Assembly (NCBI GenBank): GCA_963711565.1
Contig: CAVQEQ010000003.1
Location: forward strand, 1,280,001 to 1,344,000
Reading direction: 5' to 3'
Length of the DNA stretch: 64,000 nt
DNA from: an uncultured delta proteobacterium
GTDB taxonomy: Bacteria > Desulfobacterota > Binatia > Binatales > Binataceae
Both the position numbers and the translations under genes were made by a program. The stretch's first letter is position 1. Each line of letters opens with the position of its first letter. Shown here in pieces: positions 39,077 through 48,005 of the stretch. Under the pieces are notes generated by a model. That model had not been told where the DNA came from and ran no database searches. It was given only the letters and a program-made list of their open reading frames with translations.

Positions 39077-39256
39077 TTATTGCACCGTGAGCGCGGGGCA
39101 GGTGTTCGTTCCGGAGCTGCACGCGCCCACAGCCATAGGGTTGGCGTTGGCGAATGAGCCAGCGCAGGCCGCCTTGCCCACGCCCTCGTAGAGATCGAGC
39201 CGGTATCCTGCGATACCATTGCCGGTGTCGTTGGTCCATATGTTGTCTTGTTCTGG
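39077..39256 (-). pseudogene. C-terminal fragment of a 3D domain protein, copy B
   Basis: EQDNIWTNDTGNGIAGYRLDLYEGVGKAACAG...MAVGAC...TCP..VQ is homologous to copy A. Confidence 0.6.
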
Positions 39257-39367
39257 AAAGCGCGGGCGATTACACGCCGTTTTCCTTCCCAGTCCTTCGA
39301 GCAGCGCGCGAATGCGCACGTAGTATTCGTCGTCAAAATTGGAACGATCAGGATCAGACATCGCGGA
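39257..39367 (-). pseudogene. Truncated, internally deleted duplicate of the methyltransferase 5' end
   Basis: MSDPDRSNFDDEYYVRIRALLE followed, in another frame, by WEGKRRVIARAF, versus intact MSDPDRSNSDDEYYERIRALLE...WEAKRRVIASAF. Confidence 0.85.
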
Positions 39368-39953
39368 GCGTCTTCGAGACCAGGAGCGTTTCGATGCCGC
39401 GCGAATCGCGGCGGCGCAGTACGAGTCCCGAATCGTCAATCTCGATTTCTTCGGCGTCGCCCATGCGCGGCTCGTAAATCCAGATGTGCGGATCGCTGCC
39501 GCGCTGGCGGCATGATTGTTTGCTGGTCGCGGCGACGAGTGTGTTCGGATCGATTGCCGCCACGCGCCCGGTCCATCGCGTCTGCTTGCGCTCGCGAACG
39601 TGCGCGATTATCAGCGCGCGAAAGATGACGAGGTCCGCATCGATTTCGCCATAGCGGCCAAGCTTGGCCGTCAAATCGTTGCGGCTGCCGCCCGTGCTGA
39701 TGTTGCCGCGGAGGAAATTGTCGGCTGACTCGTAGGTCGCGTTGCGAGTAAAGGGGCCGCGGTTGTAGCTCGCGACGACGCGCCTGACGAGACCGGCCTC
39801 GTCGAGCTCGGCTTCGACTTCGTACACGTTGGAGCCGCTCGCGGGACGCCGGACGCCGCGAATCAATCCCCAGGCGAGCGATTCACTCTCGACAGCTATC
39901 AACACGCCGGCTTTCCGGAGGTCGTAGCGGAACTCACCGTCGGCAATCAGCAT
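39354..39953 (-). CDS. Hypothetical beta-rich protein
   Basis: 199-aa ORF with GAGG RBS and host-like codon usage. Its stop overlaps the methyltransferase remnant start. Confidence 0.7.
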   Translation of the reverse strand: MLIADGEFRYDLRKAGVLIAVESESLAWGLIRGVRRPASGSNVYEVEAELDEAGLVRRVVASYNRGPFTRNATYESADNFLRGNISTGGSRNDLTAKLGRYGEIDADLVIFRALIIAHVRERKQTRWTGRVAAIDPNTLVAATSKQSCRQRGSDPHIWIYEPRMGDAEEIEIDDSGLVLRRRDSRGIETLLVSKTLRDV

Positions 39954-40070
39954 CCTCGAAAGCTAACCGCTCGGATGGGGGCGGACAAGTTTGCTCCGGA
40001 CTTGGTTAATCGGGCGAGTTGGGCCATTGTGGCGGCTCAAGGAACCATTGTTGCCACGAGGATGCACGCA

Positions 40071-41531
40071 ATGAACTGGCAGGAGTATTACCGATCGCGC
40101 ACGATTTCACCTGACGAAGCGGCCGCGATGGTGAAGCCGGGCATGCGGGTGGATTTTCCGTTCGCGGCGGGAACCGTGATGCAGCGCGCGCTGGCGGCGC
40201 GAGGCCGGCAGCTCGACGGCGTCGTCGATCTCAGGATGTCGTCGCCGTTGATCGATCCGGGATGGCTCAGCGGAGACGTCGCGGCGCGCTTCAGGATCGA
40301 GTTCGAGCTGTTCATCGGCAACCTGGGACGTCCGGTCCACGACCGCCATCAGGCCGCGTACCTGCCGAATTTGTTTTCGACCAGCTTCAAGCCGCACGAC
40401 GAACGGCCGGACGAAGACAAGCCGATCGATTTCGCTTTCGTCAACGTCACTCCGCCCAACGCGAAGGGATTCGTCAGTTTCGGACCGCATCAGTGGAACA
40501 AGCGGATGTACGCGCGACGCGCGCGGCATGCGATCGCCGAAGTGGACGCGAACCTGATCCGCACTTACGGCGACGTGTACATGCACGTCTCGGAGTTCGA
40601 GTATTTCGTCGAGGGAACTCCGCCGCCGCCCGACCTGGCGGTGATCGAACAGGCATTGGCGGCGATGGATACAGAAAAGCGCGAGGGCATCCGCGCCATC
40701 ATCGCGGAAGCTGGAGCCGAGCGTATCTGGCCGCTCGTTCAGTATCTGCAACGCGCCAAGGTCTCGGATTTGCGCGTGCTGCTCGGCATTACGCCGCCGC
40801 CTGCGGAGTTCAAGGCGGTAGCGGGATACCTGAGCGAACTAATCGAAGACGGCGTGACGATTCAAATCGGTGTCGGCGATCCCAGTTCGCAGATGCCGCG
40901 GATGGGCGCGTTCGACGGCAAGCACGACCTCGGCTTGCATACCGAGATGGTCGCGCCGGGAATCGCGCGGCTGGTTGACGCGGGGGTAATCAACGGGCGG
41001 CGCAAGACGACCCATCGCGGCAAGGCGGTCGCGGTCGGATGGTCGGGTTCCGATCCCGACGATTTGAAAATAATTGACGACAACCCGGCGTTCGAACTTT
41101 ACGATCCCGAGTACGTGCTCAAGCTTGCGACGCTCACCGCCAACTACCGGCAAACGTCGATCAACAACGCGCTCGCGATCGATTTGACCGGGCAGATTAA
41201 TTCGGAGAGCGTGACCGGCGCGCACATGATCAACGGGACTGGCGGGCAGCCGGAGACTCATATCGGCGCGTTTCTATGCCCGGGCGGGCGCGCGATCACG
41301 CTGCTGCAATCGACCGCGGTGGGCGGTGCGATTTCGCGCATCGTGCCGCAACTCGAAGCCGGCGCGCTGGTGACGATGCCGCGTTACTTCGCCGACACGG
41401 TGGTTACTGAATACGGAATCGCGCGGCTGCTTGGAAAAAATCATCGCGAGCGCGCGGCCGAGTTGATCGCAATCGCGCATCCTGACCATCGCGCCGAGTT
41501 GAGAGAAGCGGCCAACCGGTTGTTCGGTTGA
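40071..41531 (+). CDS. Acetyl-CoA hydrolase / 4-hydroxybutyrate CoA-transferase family
   Basis: W...Y.SR.IS.DEAA, IQIGVG, DLGLHTEM, SINNALAIDLTGQI.SE, GTGGQ and VVTEYGIA.L.GK. Confidence 0.9.
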   Translation: MNWQEYYRSRTISPDEAAAMVKPGMRVDFPFAAGTVMQRALAARGRQLDGVVDLRMSSPLIDPGWLSGDVAARFRIEFELFIGNLGRPVHDRHQAAYLPNLFSTSFKPHDERPDEDKPIDFAFVNVTPPNAKGFVSFGPHQWNKRMYARRARHAIAEVDANLIRTYGDVYMHVSEFEYFVEGTPPPPDLAVIEQALAAMDTEKREGIRAIIAEAGAERIWPLVQYLQRAKVSDLRVLLGITPPPAEFKAVAGYLSELIEDGVTIQIGVGDPSSQMPRMGAFDGKHDLGLHTEMVAPGIARLVDAGVINGRRKTTHRGKAVAVGWSGSDPDDLKIIDDNPAFELYDPEYVLKLATLTANYRQTSINNALAIDLTGQINSESVTGAHMINGTGGQPETHIGAFLCPGGRAITLLQSTAVGGAISRIVPQLEAGALVTMPRYFADTVVTEYGIARLLGKNHRERAAELIAIAHPDHRAELREAANRLFG

Positions 41532-41575
41532 TTCCCTCATCCGAGCCGCGCGATTAAGTCCGGCGTTTTGGGCAG

Positions 41576-41608
41576 TGTCTCGGTTTGAAAATTGTTCAAA
41601 CTGAGACA
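41576..41608. promoter_or_regulatory. 14-bp inverted repeat, candidate operator
   Basis: tgtctcggtttgaa-aattg-ttcaaactgagaca (1 mismatch) in AT-rich intergenic DNA. Confidence 0.45.
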
Positions 41609-41815
41609 ATCACCGGCGTTTGGTAAATATTTCCGATTCACATTTGCCGCCCCGATTCAGTGCTGAATAGCACAATGTCGCCCCGTATATACCAGCAAGG
41701 CTTGACCTAGTGAGGGAAATAGTCCAATAAGAGGGTCTATAGCGCAGTTCAACTTTTGTGATAGTCTATTTGCCAGCCTAAGATTGGATAGGCTTACTAA
41801 AGAGGAAGTGAACGG

Positions 41816-42019
41816 ATGCCATCCTCGACCAAAGTGCTGACCGTGAACGAGCTCGCAGAGTACCTGCGAGTGCATCGCTCAACGATCTACCGCCTGCTCA
41901 AGAAGGGACAGTTGCCCGGTTTCAAGATCGGCAGCGACTGGCGCTTCAATGTCGAGGTAATCGACGAGTGGCGGCTGCGCCAGGGACCCGGCGTATTGGA
42001 AGAGGAAGCGGCGGACTAG
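41816..42019 (+). CDS. Excisionase-like HTH_17 (truncated MerR-type) DNA-binding protein
   Basis: VLTVNELAEYLRVHRSTIYRLLKKGQLPGFKIGSDWRF. Confidence 0.9.
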   Translation: MPSSTKVLTVNELAEYLRVHRSTIYRLLKKGQLPGFKIGSDWRFNVEVIDEWRLRQGPGVLEEEAAD

Positions 42020-42203
42020 CGGACAGCTTCGAAACGCGGCGGAGCACTTCCGTCAACTTTCAAAACTGGCCGAGCTCTGGCTGACCCGATCCATCGCTGA
42101 AGTCACGCTGGTCCATAACCTTCACCTGACAAATAAATTGTGAGTTGTCGCCCGCACGCGTGCGCGGCTAGACTGCGACTGCGCGCGGTAGTCGCGCAGA
42201 GTC

Positions 42204-43397
42204 ATGCCCACCGACCTTTCTTCCAAGACCCGCTTGTTCACCGAATCCGTGATCCGCGAGATGACGCGGCGAGCGCTCAAGTGCGGCGCGGTGAACCTGG
42301 CGCAGGGCTTTCCCGACTTTGCGGCGCCGGCGGAAATCAAGGAAGCGGCGAAGCGCGCGATCGACGAGGAATACAATCAGTACGCGATTACGCACGGCTC
42401 GCCGAACTTCCGCCGCGCAATCGCAGACAAGGTGCAAAGCTACAACGGCATCGCATGCGACTCCGACCGCAATATCACAGTGACTTGCGGCGCGACCGAG
42501 GCGATGATCGCGACGATGCTGGCGGTGATCAACCCCGGCGACGAGGTGATCATCTTCGAGCCGTTCTACGAGAACTACGGACCCGACGTGATCCTGGCCG
42601 GGGCGACGCCGCGTTACGTGGCGCTGCGCGATCCGGATTTTTCGATTGATCGTGCCGAGCTCGAAGCGGCGTTCGGGCCGCGCACCAAGGCGATCGTGAT
42701 CAACACTCCGCACAATCCGAGCGGCAAGGTGTTCACGCGCGCCGAGCTCGAAGCGATCGCGGCGCTATGCCAGCGGCATGACACGCTGGCGATTACCGAC
42801 GAGATATACGAGCACATCATCTACGGCGGCGCGCGACACATCTCGATCGCGAGCCTTCCAGGGATGGCCGATCGGACTGTCACGATTAGCGGGCTGTCGA
42901 AGACCTACTCGATCACGGGATGGCGGCTGGCGTACGCGATCGCGAGCGAGCGAATCACCGGGGCGATTCGGAAGGTGCACGATTTTCTGACCGTCGGCGC
43001 GCCGCATCCGCTGCAGGAAGCCGGCGCGGTGGCGTTGCGGATGCCGGAATCGTTTTACGCGGAGCTGACTGCGATGTACGAGCGCAAGCGCGGCGCGCTC
43101 TACGCGGCGCTCACGCGGGCGGGCCTCGAGTCCAGCAAGCCGGACGGCGCCTACTACATCGTGTCGGAGATTGGCGGGCTCAGATTCAAGGATGACTTCG
43201 CGGCGGCCGACTTCCTCCTCGATGAAGTGGGAGTCGCCGCAGTGCCCGGTTCAAGCTTCTATCATCGGCCGGAGTTGGGGCATCGGAAGATTCGATTCAC
43301 GTTTTCGAAGAGCGACGAGACGATCGCGGCGGCCGCCGAGCGGCTGAGTCATCTGCAGGAAAAGCTGGCGGCGCGATCGAAACTCGCGACTAGATAG
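42204..43397 (+). CDS. PLP-dependent aminotransferase class I/II
   Basis: VNLAQGFPDF, NTPHNPSGKVF, DEIYEH and SKTYSITGWRL. Confidence 0.93.
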   Translation: MPTDLSSKTRLFTESVIREMTRRALKCGAVNLAQGFPDFAAPAEIKEAAKRAIDEEYNQYAITHGSPNFRRAIADKVQSYNGIACDSDRNITVTCGATEAMIATMLAVINPGDEVIIFEPFYENYGPDVILAGATPRYVALRDPDFSIDRAELEAAFGPRTKAIVINTPHNPSGKVFTRAELEAIAALCQRHDTLAITDEIYEHIIYGGARHISIASLPGMADRTVTISGLSKTYSITGWRLAYAIASERITGAIRKVHDFLTVGAPHPLQEAGAVALRMPESFYAELTAMYERKRGALYAALTRAGLESSKPDGAYYIVSEIGGLRFKDDFAAADFLLDEVGVAAVPGSSFYHRPELGHRKIRFTFSKSDETIAAAAERLSHLQEKLAARSKLATR

Positions 43398-43400
43398 GAC

Positions 43401-43799
43401 TCAAGCGGACTTCTTGCCGCCCTGGATCGTGCGCAGGCGCGGGCGCTCGATGCCGCCCGAAAGATAAACCAATACGGTCCAGCCGCTGCGTGTGAGCGGG
43501 TAGCAGAGCAGGACGCTGCCGCATGCGACTGCGCACAAAATTAAGATCTCGACGGCATCCGACAGGTGCGTGGCGAGGGCGAGAATCGCCCAACAGACCA
43601 GGAACGAGGCGGCAGCCACTGCGAAGTCGAGATACATCGCGCCGAGCGTCTCGCCGGGATCTTTCCAGAACACGACGTGGCATCGCGGGCATTCGCGATT
43701 CATCCTGAAGTGCGAGCGGAAAATAGCGCCGTCGCGACACACCGGGCATCGGCAATTGAGTGCGCACTTGATCAGCGCGGATGCGGAATCGTCAGCCAC
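43401..43799 (-). CDS. DUF983 family membrane protein
   Basis: RCPVCRDGAIF...CPRC followed by two TM helices. Confidence 0.8.
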   Translation of the reverse strand: MADDSASALIKCALNCRCPVCRDGAIFRSHFRMNRECPRCHVVFWKDPGETLGAMYLDFAVAAASFLVCWAILALATHLSDAVEILILCAVACGSVLLCYPLTRSGWTVLVYLSGGIERPRLRTIQGGKKSA

Positions 43800-43854
43800 G
43801 ATCTTGATATTACTCCGTGGCGCGCGTGAGGCCAGCGATTATTTCAGTCGAGGA

Positions 43855-44805
43855 CTAGATGCTCCAGTTGAAGCCGAGCTCGGGACCGAACAACTGCACC
43901 CGCAGTAAATTGCCCACACCCGATCCAGTCTGCGTGTACTTCGTGTAGTTGTAGTTCAGGCCCGCAAACGGGGAAAACCCGTGCCATTGAGGGCTGGGGT
44001 TCGCGTAAATGATGCGCCAGTGAGTTTCGAAGCCCGATTGCGAGTCGTAAACCGTCGAACCGCCCTCGCTGCGGCCGGAGTTCCATTTGTTGGCCCAGTA
44101 GCCCTGCGCGGTCGCCTCGAACGCGAAGTTGTAACCCAGCCAATGCCGCTCCTCGAGGCCAATCACCGGTATCGGCAGTCCCTTTTCCTGCCAACGGATG
44201 CGGGCCTCGAACGGCGAGCGTTGGCTGAATAGCGGCGTGCCGTCGTTGATTCGATAGTCGTTGTAGGTGAACTCGACGCCGATCTTTGCGCGCGAGTCCC
44301 ATCCCTGGAGAAACTCCGGCAATCCCGATTCGTAATTCTCATAGAGCGGAGTCAGCCGGCGCTCGTAGTAGCCGCCAAACGTGTACCATCGCGTGCCGCC
44401 GGGATTCAGATTCTGATTCGGCGAGATTATCGTCCCGCCAAATGCCAGCGGCTGAGTTTCGTATTTGCTTCCGTAGATGCCGTAGTACCTGAATTGGAAC
44501 TGAAACGCATTGACGCTGTCGAACCAGTAGCTGAGCAACGTCTCGGTCAACTGCAACTGCGAAACACCCTGGTCGTGCTGCAGGCTGATCGCGCTGTCGG
44601 GAAACGAGTTGATGCGACGCCGCAGCGTGTTGGCGCCGACCGTGAACATGTAGGCGTCGTCGGCTTCGATGTCGATTTGATGCGGCGCGGGCGTAAGCAA
44701 ATCGGCGCCGGGATCGCGCAGGGAGAAGAAGTCTTGCGCAGAGCAGTTGGCGCTGGTTAGCAGCGAGAAGACGACCAAAGCTATTGCCAATCTCACTAAA
44801 CGCAT
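43855..44805 (-). CDS. Probable outer-membrane beta-barrel protein
   Basis: Signal peptide, aromatic-rich alternating strands, and C-terminal GPELGFNWSI. Confidence 0.65.
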   Translation of the reverse strand: MRLVRLAIALVVFSLLTSANCSAQDFFSLRDPGADLLTPAPHQIDIEADDAYMFTVGANTLRRRINSFPDSAISLQHDQGVSQLQLTETLLSYWFDSVNAFQFQFRYYGIYGSKYETQPLAFGGTIISPNQNLNPGGTRWYTFGGYYERRLTPLYENYESGLPEFLQGWDSRAKIGVEFTYNDYRINDGTPLFSQRSPFEARIRWQEKGLPIPVIGLEERHWLGYNFAFEATAQGYWANKWNSGRSEGGSTVYDSQSGFETHWRIIYANPSPQWHGFSPFAGLNYNYTKYTQTGSGVGNLLRVQLFGPELGFNWSI

Positions 44806-44850
44806 GGGTCTGGATGCTGGACTAGTAGCGGGCCAATTTCAAGACGCGTT

Positions 44851-45423
44851 CTATTCGGCGCTGGCAGGCTTTGCCTTCTCGTCGAGCAGAGGCGCTGGAG
44901 TGCCGGGCGCAGACTGAAAACCGTCGGGCAAATCGCGCGTCGGCGAGATACGGATCACGACGATTTGGCCGCGGTCCAACTTGGCTCGAGAGGGACGCGC
45001 AAAGCCGACCCAGGCGAGCAGATATTTCCTGGGGTACTCGGCGATCACCTGGTCCTGCAGGGCAGTGTCCGTGACGATTTCCGCCTTACCGATGAACGCG
45101 GGGCCGGTGCGCGTGCCGATCCAGATCATCGCGGGGCTGCCGCGCTTGATTCGCCTGGCCTTCCAACTGGTCGGCGAGGTTTCGATCAGCACCTGGTTGT
45201 CGGCGGTCGTGATGAACCAGACCGGCGCGGCTTTGCTCTGATTGCCGTCTTTGCGAACCGTCGCAATATAGATGTAGGTGGCCTTGGCGAGTGCGTCGGC
45301 GTCGCGCGGCGAGGTCGCGGCGATCGCAGGCGCGGCGATGGCGGCGAGGATTGCGGCGGCGGCGATGAGATGAGGAAGATTGGCGGCGGTGATTTTCACG
45401 ATCGGCTCCATCGTCAATTTCAA
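44851..45423 (-). CDS. Pyridoxamine 5'-phosphate oxidase-like (split barrel) protein with N-terminal signal/TM
   Basis: YIYIATVRKDG....PVWF and SWKARRI.R. Start uncertain. Confidence 0.75.
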   Translation of the reverse strand: MKLTMEPIVKITAANLPHLIAAAAILAAIAAPAIAATSPRDADALAKATYIYIATVRKDGNQSKAAPVWFITTADNQVLIETSPTSWKARRIKRGSPAMIWIGTRTGPAFIGKAEIVTDTALQDQVIAEYPRKYLLAWVGFARPSRAKLDRGQIVVIRISPTRDLPDGFQSAPGTPAPLLDEKAKPASAE

Positions 45424-48005
45424 TCCCCGAGATAGCGGCGTCGCACCAAAACTTCTCCGAGGAACAGCATGATTACGATCGGGATCAGCCAGGGATCGGC
45501 GCTGCGGCGAAATGCCACGGTCTGACCGCTGTGGCGGGCGATGGTCGCGGGGGTAGCGTCGAAGGCGCCGTGGGTCGCGGCCGACAGACGCCGCAGCAGC
45601 TCGAGGTCGGGCGGCCTGATCCGCAGTTCGGCACTGTCGGCCGGGATCGATCCGGCGGCGGCGAATTCGCGCTGCTCGAGAATTTTTTCGGAATCGCCCG
45701 CCTTGAACATCAGCGTCGCGACGTACTTGCCGCGCGGCAGCGGCCCTACTTCGCCGCGATAGATCGAGGCGCCGGCCTCGGTCATCGCCACGTCAACGGC
45801 GCGTCCCGGCCCGGTGATGCGGCAAACCAGATTGCTCACCGGATCGGGATCGGCTTTTTCAGCCTCGACCGTCATCGACCCGTCGGGCGCGCCGTGGACG
45901 CGCATCGTGAACATCCCGGAGTCGCCCTGGCGCATCGTCCAGTTCGCCAACTGCGACCAGAATTCAACGTAGCGATTCCATCGAATCCAGCTGAGCGTCG
46001 CGAGTGAATCGGGATCGCCGGCGAAAATCGCGGCGCGGCCGAGTCCGTATTGCCAGGAGGCGAGCAGCGGCGCGGTTTTGTCGGCGCGCGCGACCTTGAG
46101 CGCGACTTGCGCGCCGTCCTTGGCCTCGGTCGCGGCAAAAAAGTCGATTGGCGGAATCTCGTTGATGCCGATGCCGGAGAGCATCGCGGTCGCATCGCCG
46201 GCTTCGATGGTGGTGCGATCCTGTTTGCGCCGGTTCATGGCCTGGCGCGTCAAGCCGACCAGCAGCAGCGGCAGCTTCTCAATATCCTGCACGCGATAGA
46301 AGATGCCGCCGGTCGCCTGCGCGAAGTCCTGCAGCAGTTCGAGATTTTCGAGGTCGGGACCGATGCGGATGGTCGAGACGGGAATGTGCTGGCGCGCGTA
46401 TTCGGCGATCAGATCGTCGTGGTCGTGATACTGGCGGTTGGTGTCGCCGTCGGTCAGCAGAATCACCTGGCGCACCGGGATGCCGCTCTGCAGGATTTCG
46501 CGCTCGGCGATTTCAAGCGCTTCCTTGAAGTCGGTGCCGCCGCCAGGTTGCAGCCGGTCGATGCGGTTTTCGAGCTCGCCGCGATCGTCGCCGAGCTGCT
46601 GCAGATGCGCGAGCACGTACGGCTGCGAATCAAAGGCGATCACGCCGGCAAAGTCAGTGTCGTCGAGCTGGCGGAGCAGCGCGATGGCGGCTTCCTTGGC
46701 GTAGCGAATTCGCTCGCCGTCGCGCACGGCGGGATAGCGCGAGTCGTAACTCATCGAGTTCGAGCGATCGATGCAGAGATAAACGGCGATCGGCTCGCGT
46801 GACGGCGGTGGCGGCTGCGGCACGAACTTCACCGGCAACGCTTTTTCCAGATCGCCGCCAGCGAGAGTTTCTTCACGCAGCGTGTCGCCCGTCGCGACCA
46901 ATCCGCCGCCGTAGTCCGCCACGTAGCGATTGAGCGCGTGCTGCGCCGCGGGCGTGATCGAGCCTTCGGGCACATCGTCGAGGATCAAGAGCTGGTACGG
47001 CAGGTAATCCGCCGGATGCTCGCTCAAGCTGCGGGGCGACACGAAATCGATTTTGTAGTTGCGCATCTTGAGCGCGGTCACGAGGCTTTCCGGCAGCGTG
47101 GTCGAGACGATCAGAATCCGCGGCGCACCCGTCACCGAAATCGGGGCCTCGACCCGCGTATTCAGCGCGATCCGGGGCGGCGCAATCGAGACTTCCGCGC
47201 TCATCAAGTATGCGCCCGGCTGTTCGAGCCGATACGGCAGCTCGAAGTCGTTCAGCCCCGGCTTCAGCATGATGGACTGGCCGCCAACAGCAGTGTCGTC
47301 GCGGTAGAGCTTGAGCGTCGCGGTGACGAACGACTGCGATTCGCTTTCAACGTCGATTCTGAATGCGAAGCGCTGATCGGCGCGGACTGTGTCGGGGGAA
47401 TAAAAATTCGTGACGGCAATTCGCTCGGTCGCCGACGGCGGAGGCGCGGCCGCGAAGATTCGCACGCCATCCTCGCGCATCGCGGGAACTTCGGTTATCG
47501 CGGAATCCTCGGTCTCGTTGCCGTCGCTCAGCAACAAGATCCGCTTGTCGGCTTCCGGCGGGTACAGGCTCTCAGCCGCGGTCAGCGCGCCGGCGATATT
47601 GGTGGCGCCGCCGTTGACGCCGTCGCCGAAATTCCCCAGCAGCCGCGGATCGGTCAGCGGCGCGAGCAGCCGCGCATCGCGGCCGAAGCCGACGATCCCA
47701 AGTTGATCGGTCGGCGCCATCGCGGTCTTCAAATTTTCGATCTGACCGCGCATCCATTCCTGCTGATCAGGTGACACCGAGCGCGACTCATCCATGACCG
47801 CGACCACCGCGACACTTTGCGCGGCGATACGCCCCGGGATGCGCAGGCCCGCGAGCATCGCGACCAGGGCCACGACGCACAGCGCGCGAAGTGTCGCGGA
47901 AGCGGCGCCGGCCAGCCGCAGTCCAGTGCGCATCGCGAGAATTCCCGGCGCTGCGGCGAGCGGCGCGAGCGCGAGCAGCCACAGCAGATGCAGCCGATCA
48001 AACAT
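45420..48005 (-). CDS. Membrane-anchored double-VWA protein with glutamine-amidotransferase-like segments
   Basis: MIDAS motifs DESRS and DRSNS, LSDGNE, PGGGT, LTDGD and WQYGLGR, with TMs at both ends. Confidence 0.88.
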   Translation of the reverse strand: MFDRLHLLWLLALAPLAAAPGILAMRTGLRLAGAASATLRALCVVALVAMLAGLRIPGRIAAQSVAVVAVMDESRSVSPDQQEWMRGQIENLKTAMAPTDQLGIVGFGRDARLLAPLTDPRLLGNFGDGVNGGATNIAGALTAAESLYPPEADKRILLLSDGNETEDSAITEVPAMREDGVRIFAAAPPPSATERIAVTNFYSPDTVRADQRFAFRIDVESESQSFVTATLKLYRDDTAVGGQSIMLKPGLNDFELPYRLEQPGAYLMSAEVSIAPPRIALNTRVEAPISVTGAPRILIVSTTLPESLVTALKMRNYKIDFVSPRSLSEHPADYLPYQLLILDDVPEGSITPAAQHALNRYVADYGGGLVATGDTLREETLAGGDLEKALPVKFVPQPPPPSREPIAVYLCIDRSNSMSYDSRYPAVRDGERIRYAKEAAIALLRQLDDTDFAGVIAFDSQPYVLAHLQQLGDDRGELENRIDRLQPGGGTDFKEALEIAEREILQSGIPVRQVILLTDGDTNRQYHDHDDLIAEYARQHIPVSTIRIGPDLENLELLQDFAQATGGIFYRVQDIEKLPLLLVGLTRQAMNRRKQDRTTIEAGDATAMLSGIGINEIPPIDFFAATEAKDGAQVALKVARADKTAPLLASWQYGLGRAAIFAGDPDSLATLSWIRWNRYVEFWSQLANWTMRQGDSGMFTMRVHGAPDGSMTVEAEKADPDPVSNLVCRITGPGRAVDVAMTEAGASIYRGEVGPLPRGKYVATLMFKAGDSEKILEQREFAAAGSIPADSAELRIRPPDLELLRRLSAATHGAFDATPATIARHSGQTVAFRRSADPWLIPIVIMLFLGEVLVRRRYLGD

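Noticed and set aside
36750-39256. Integron cassettes or a DGR template/variable pair
   Set aside because: No attC-like palindromes, integrase or reverse transcriptase were seen, and the paralog differences include indels and do not look adenine-specific.
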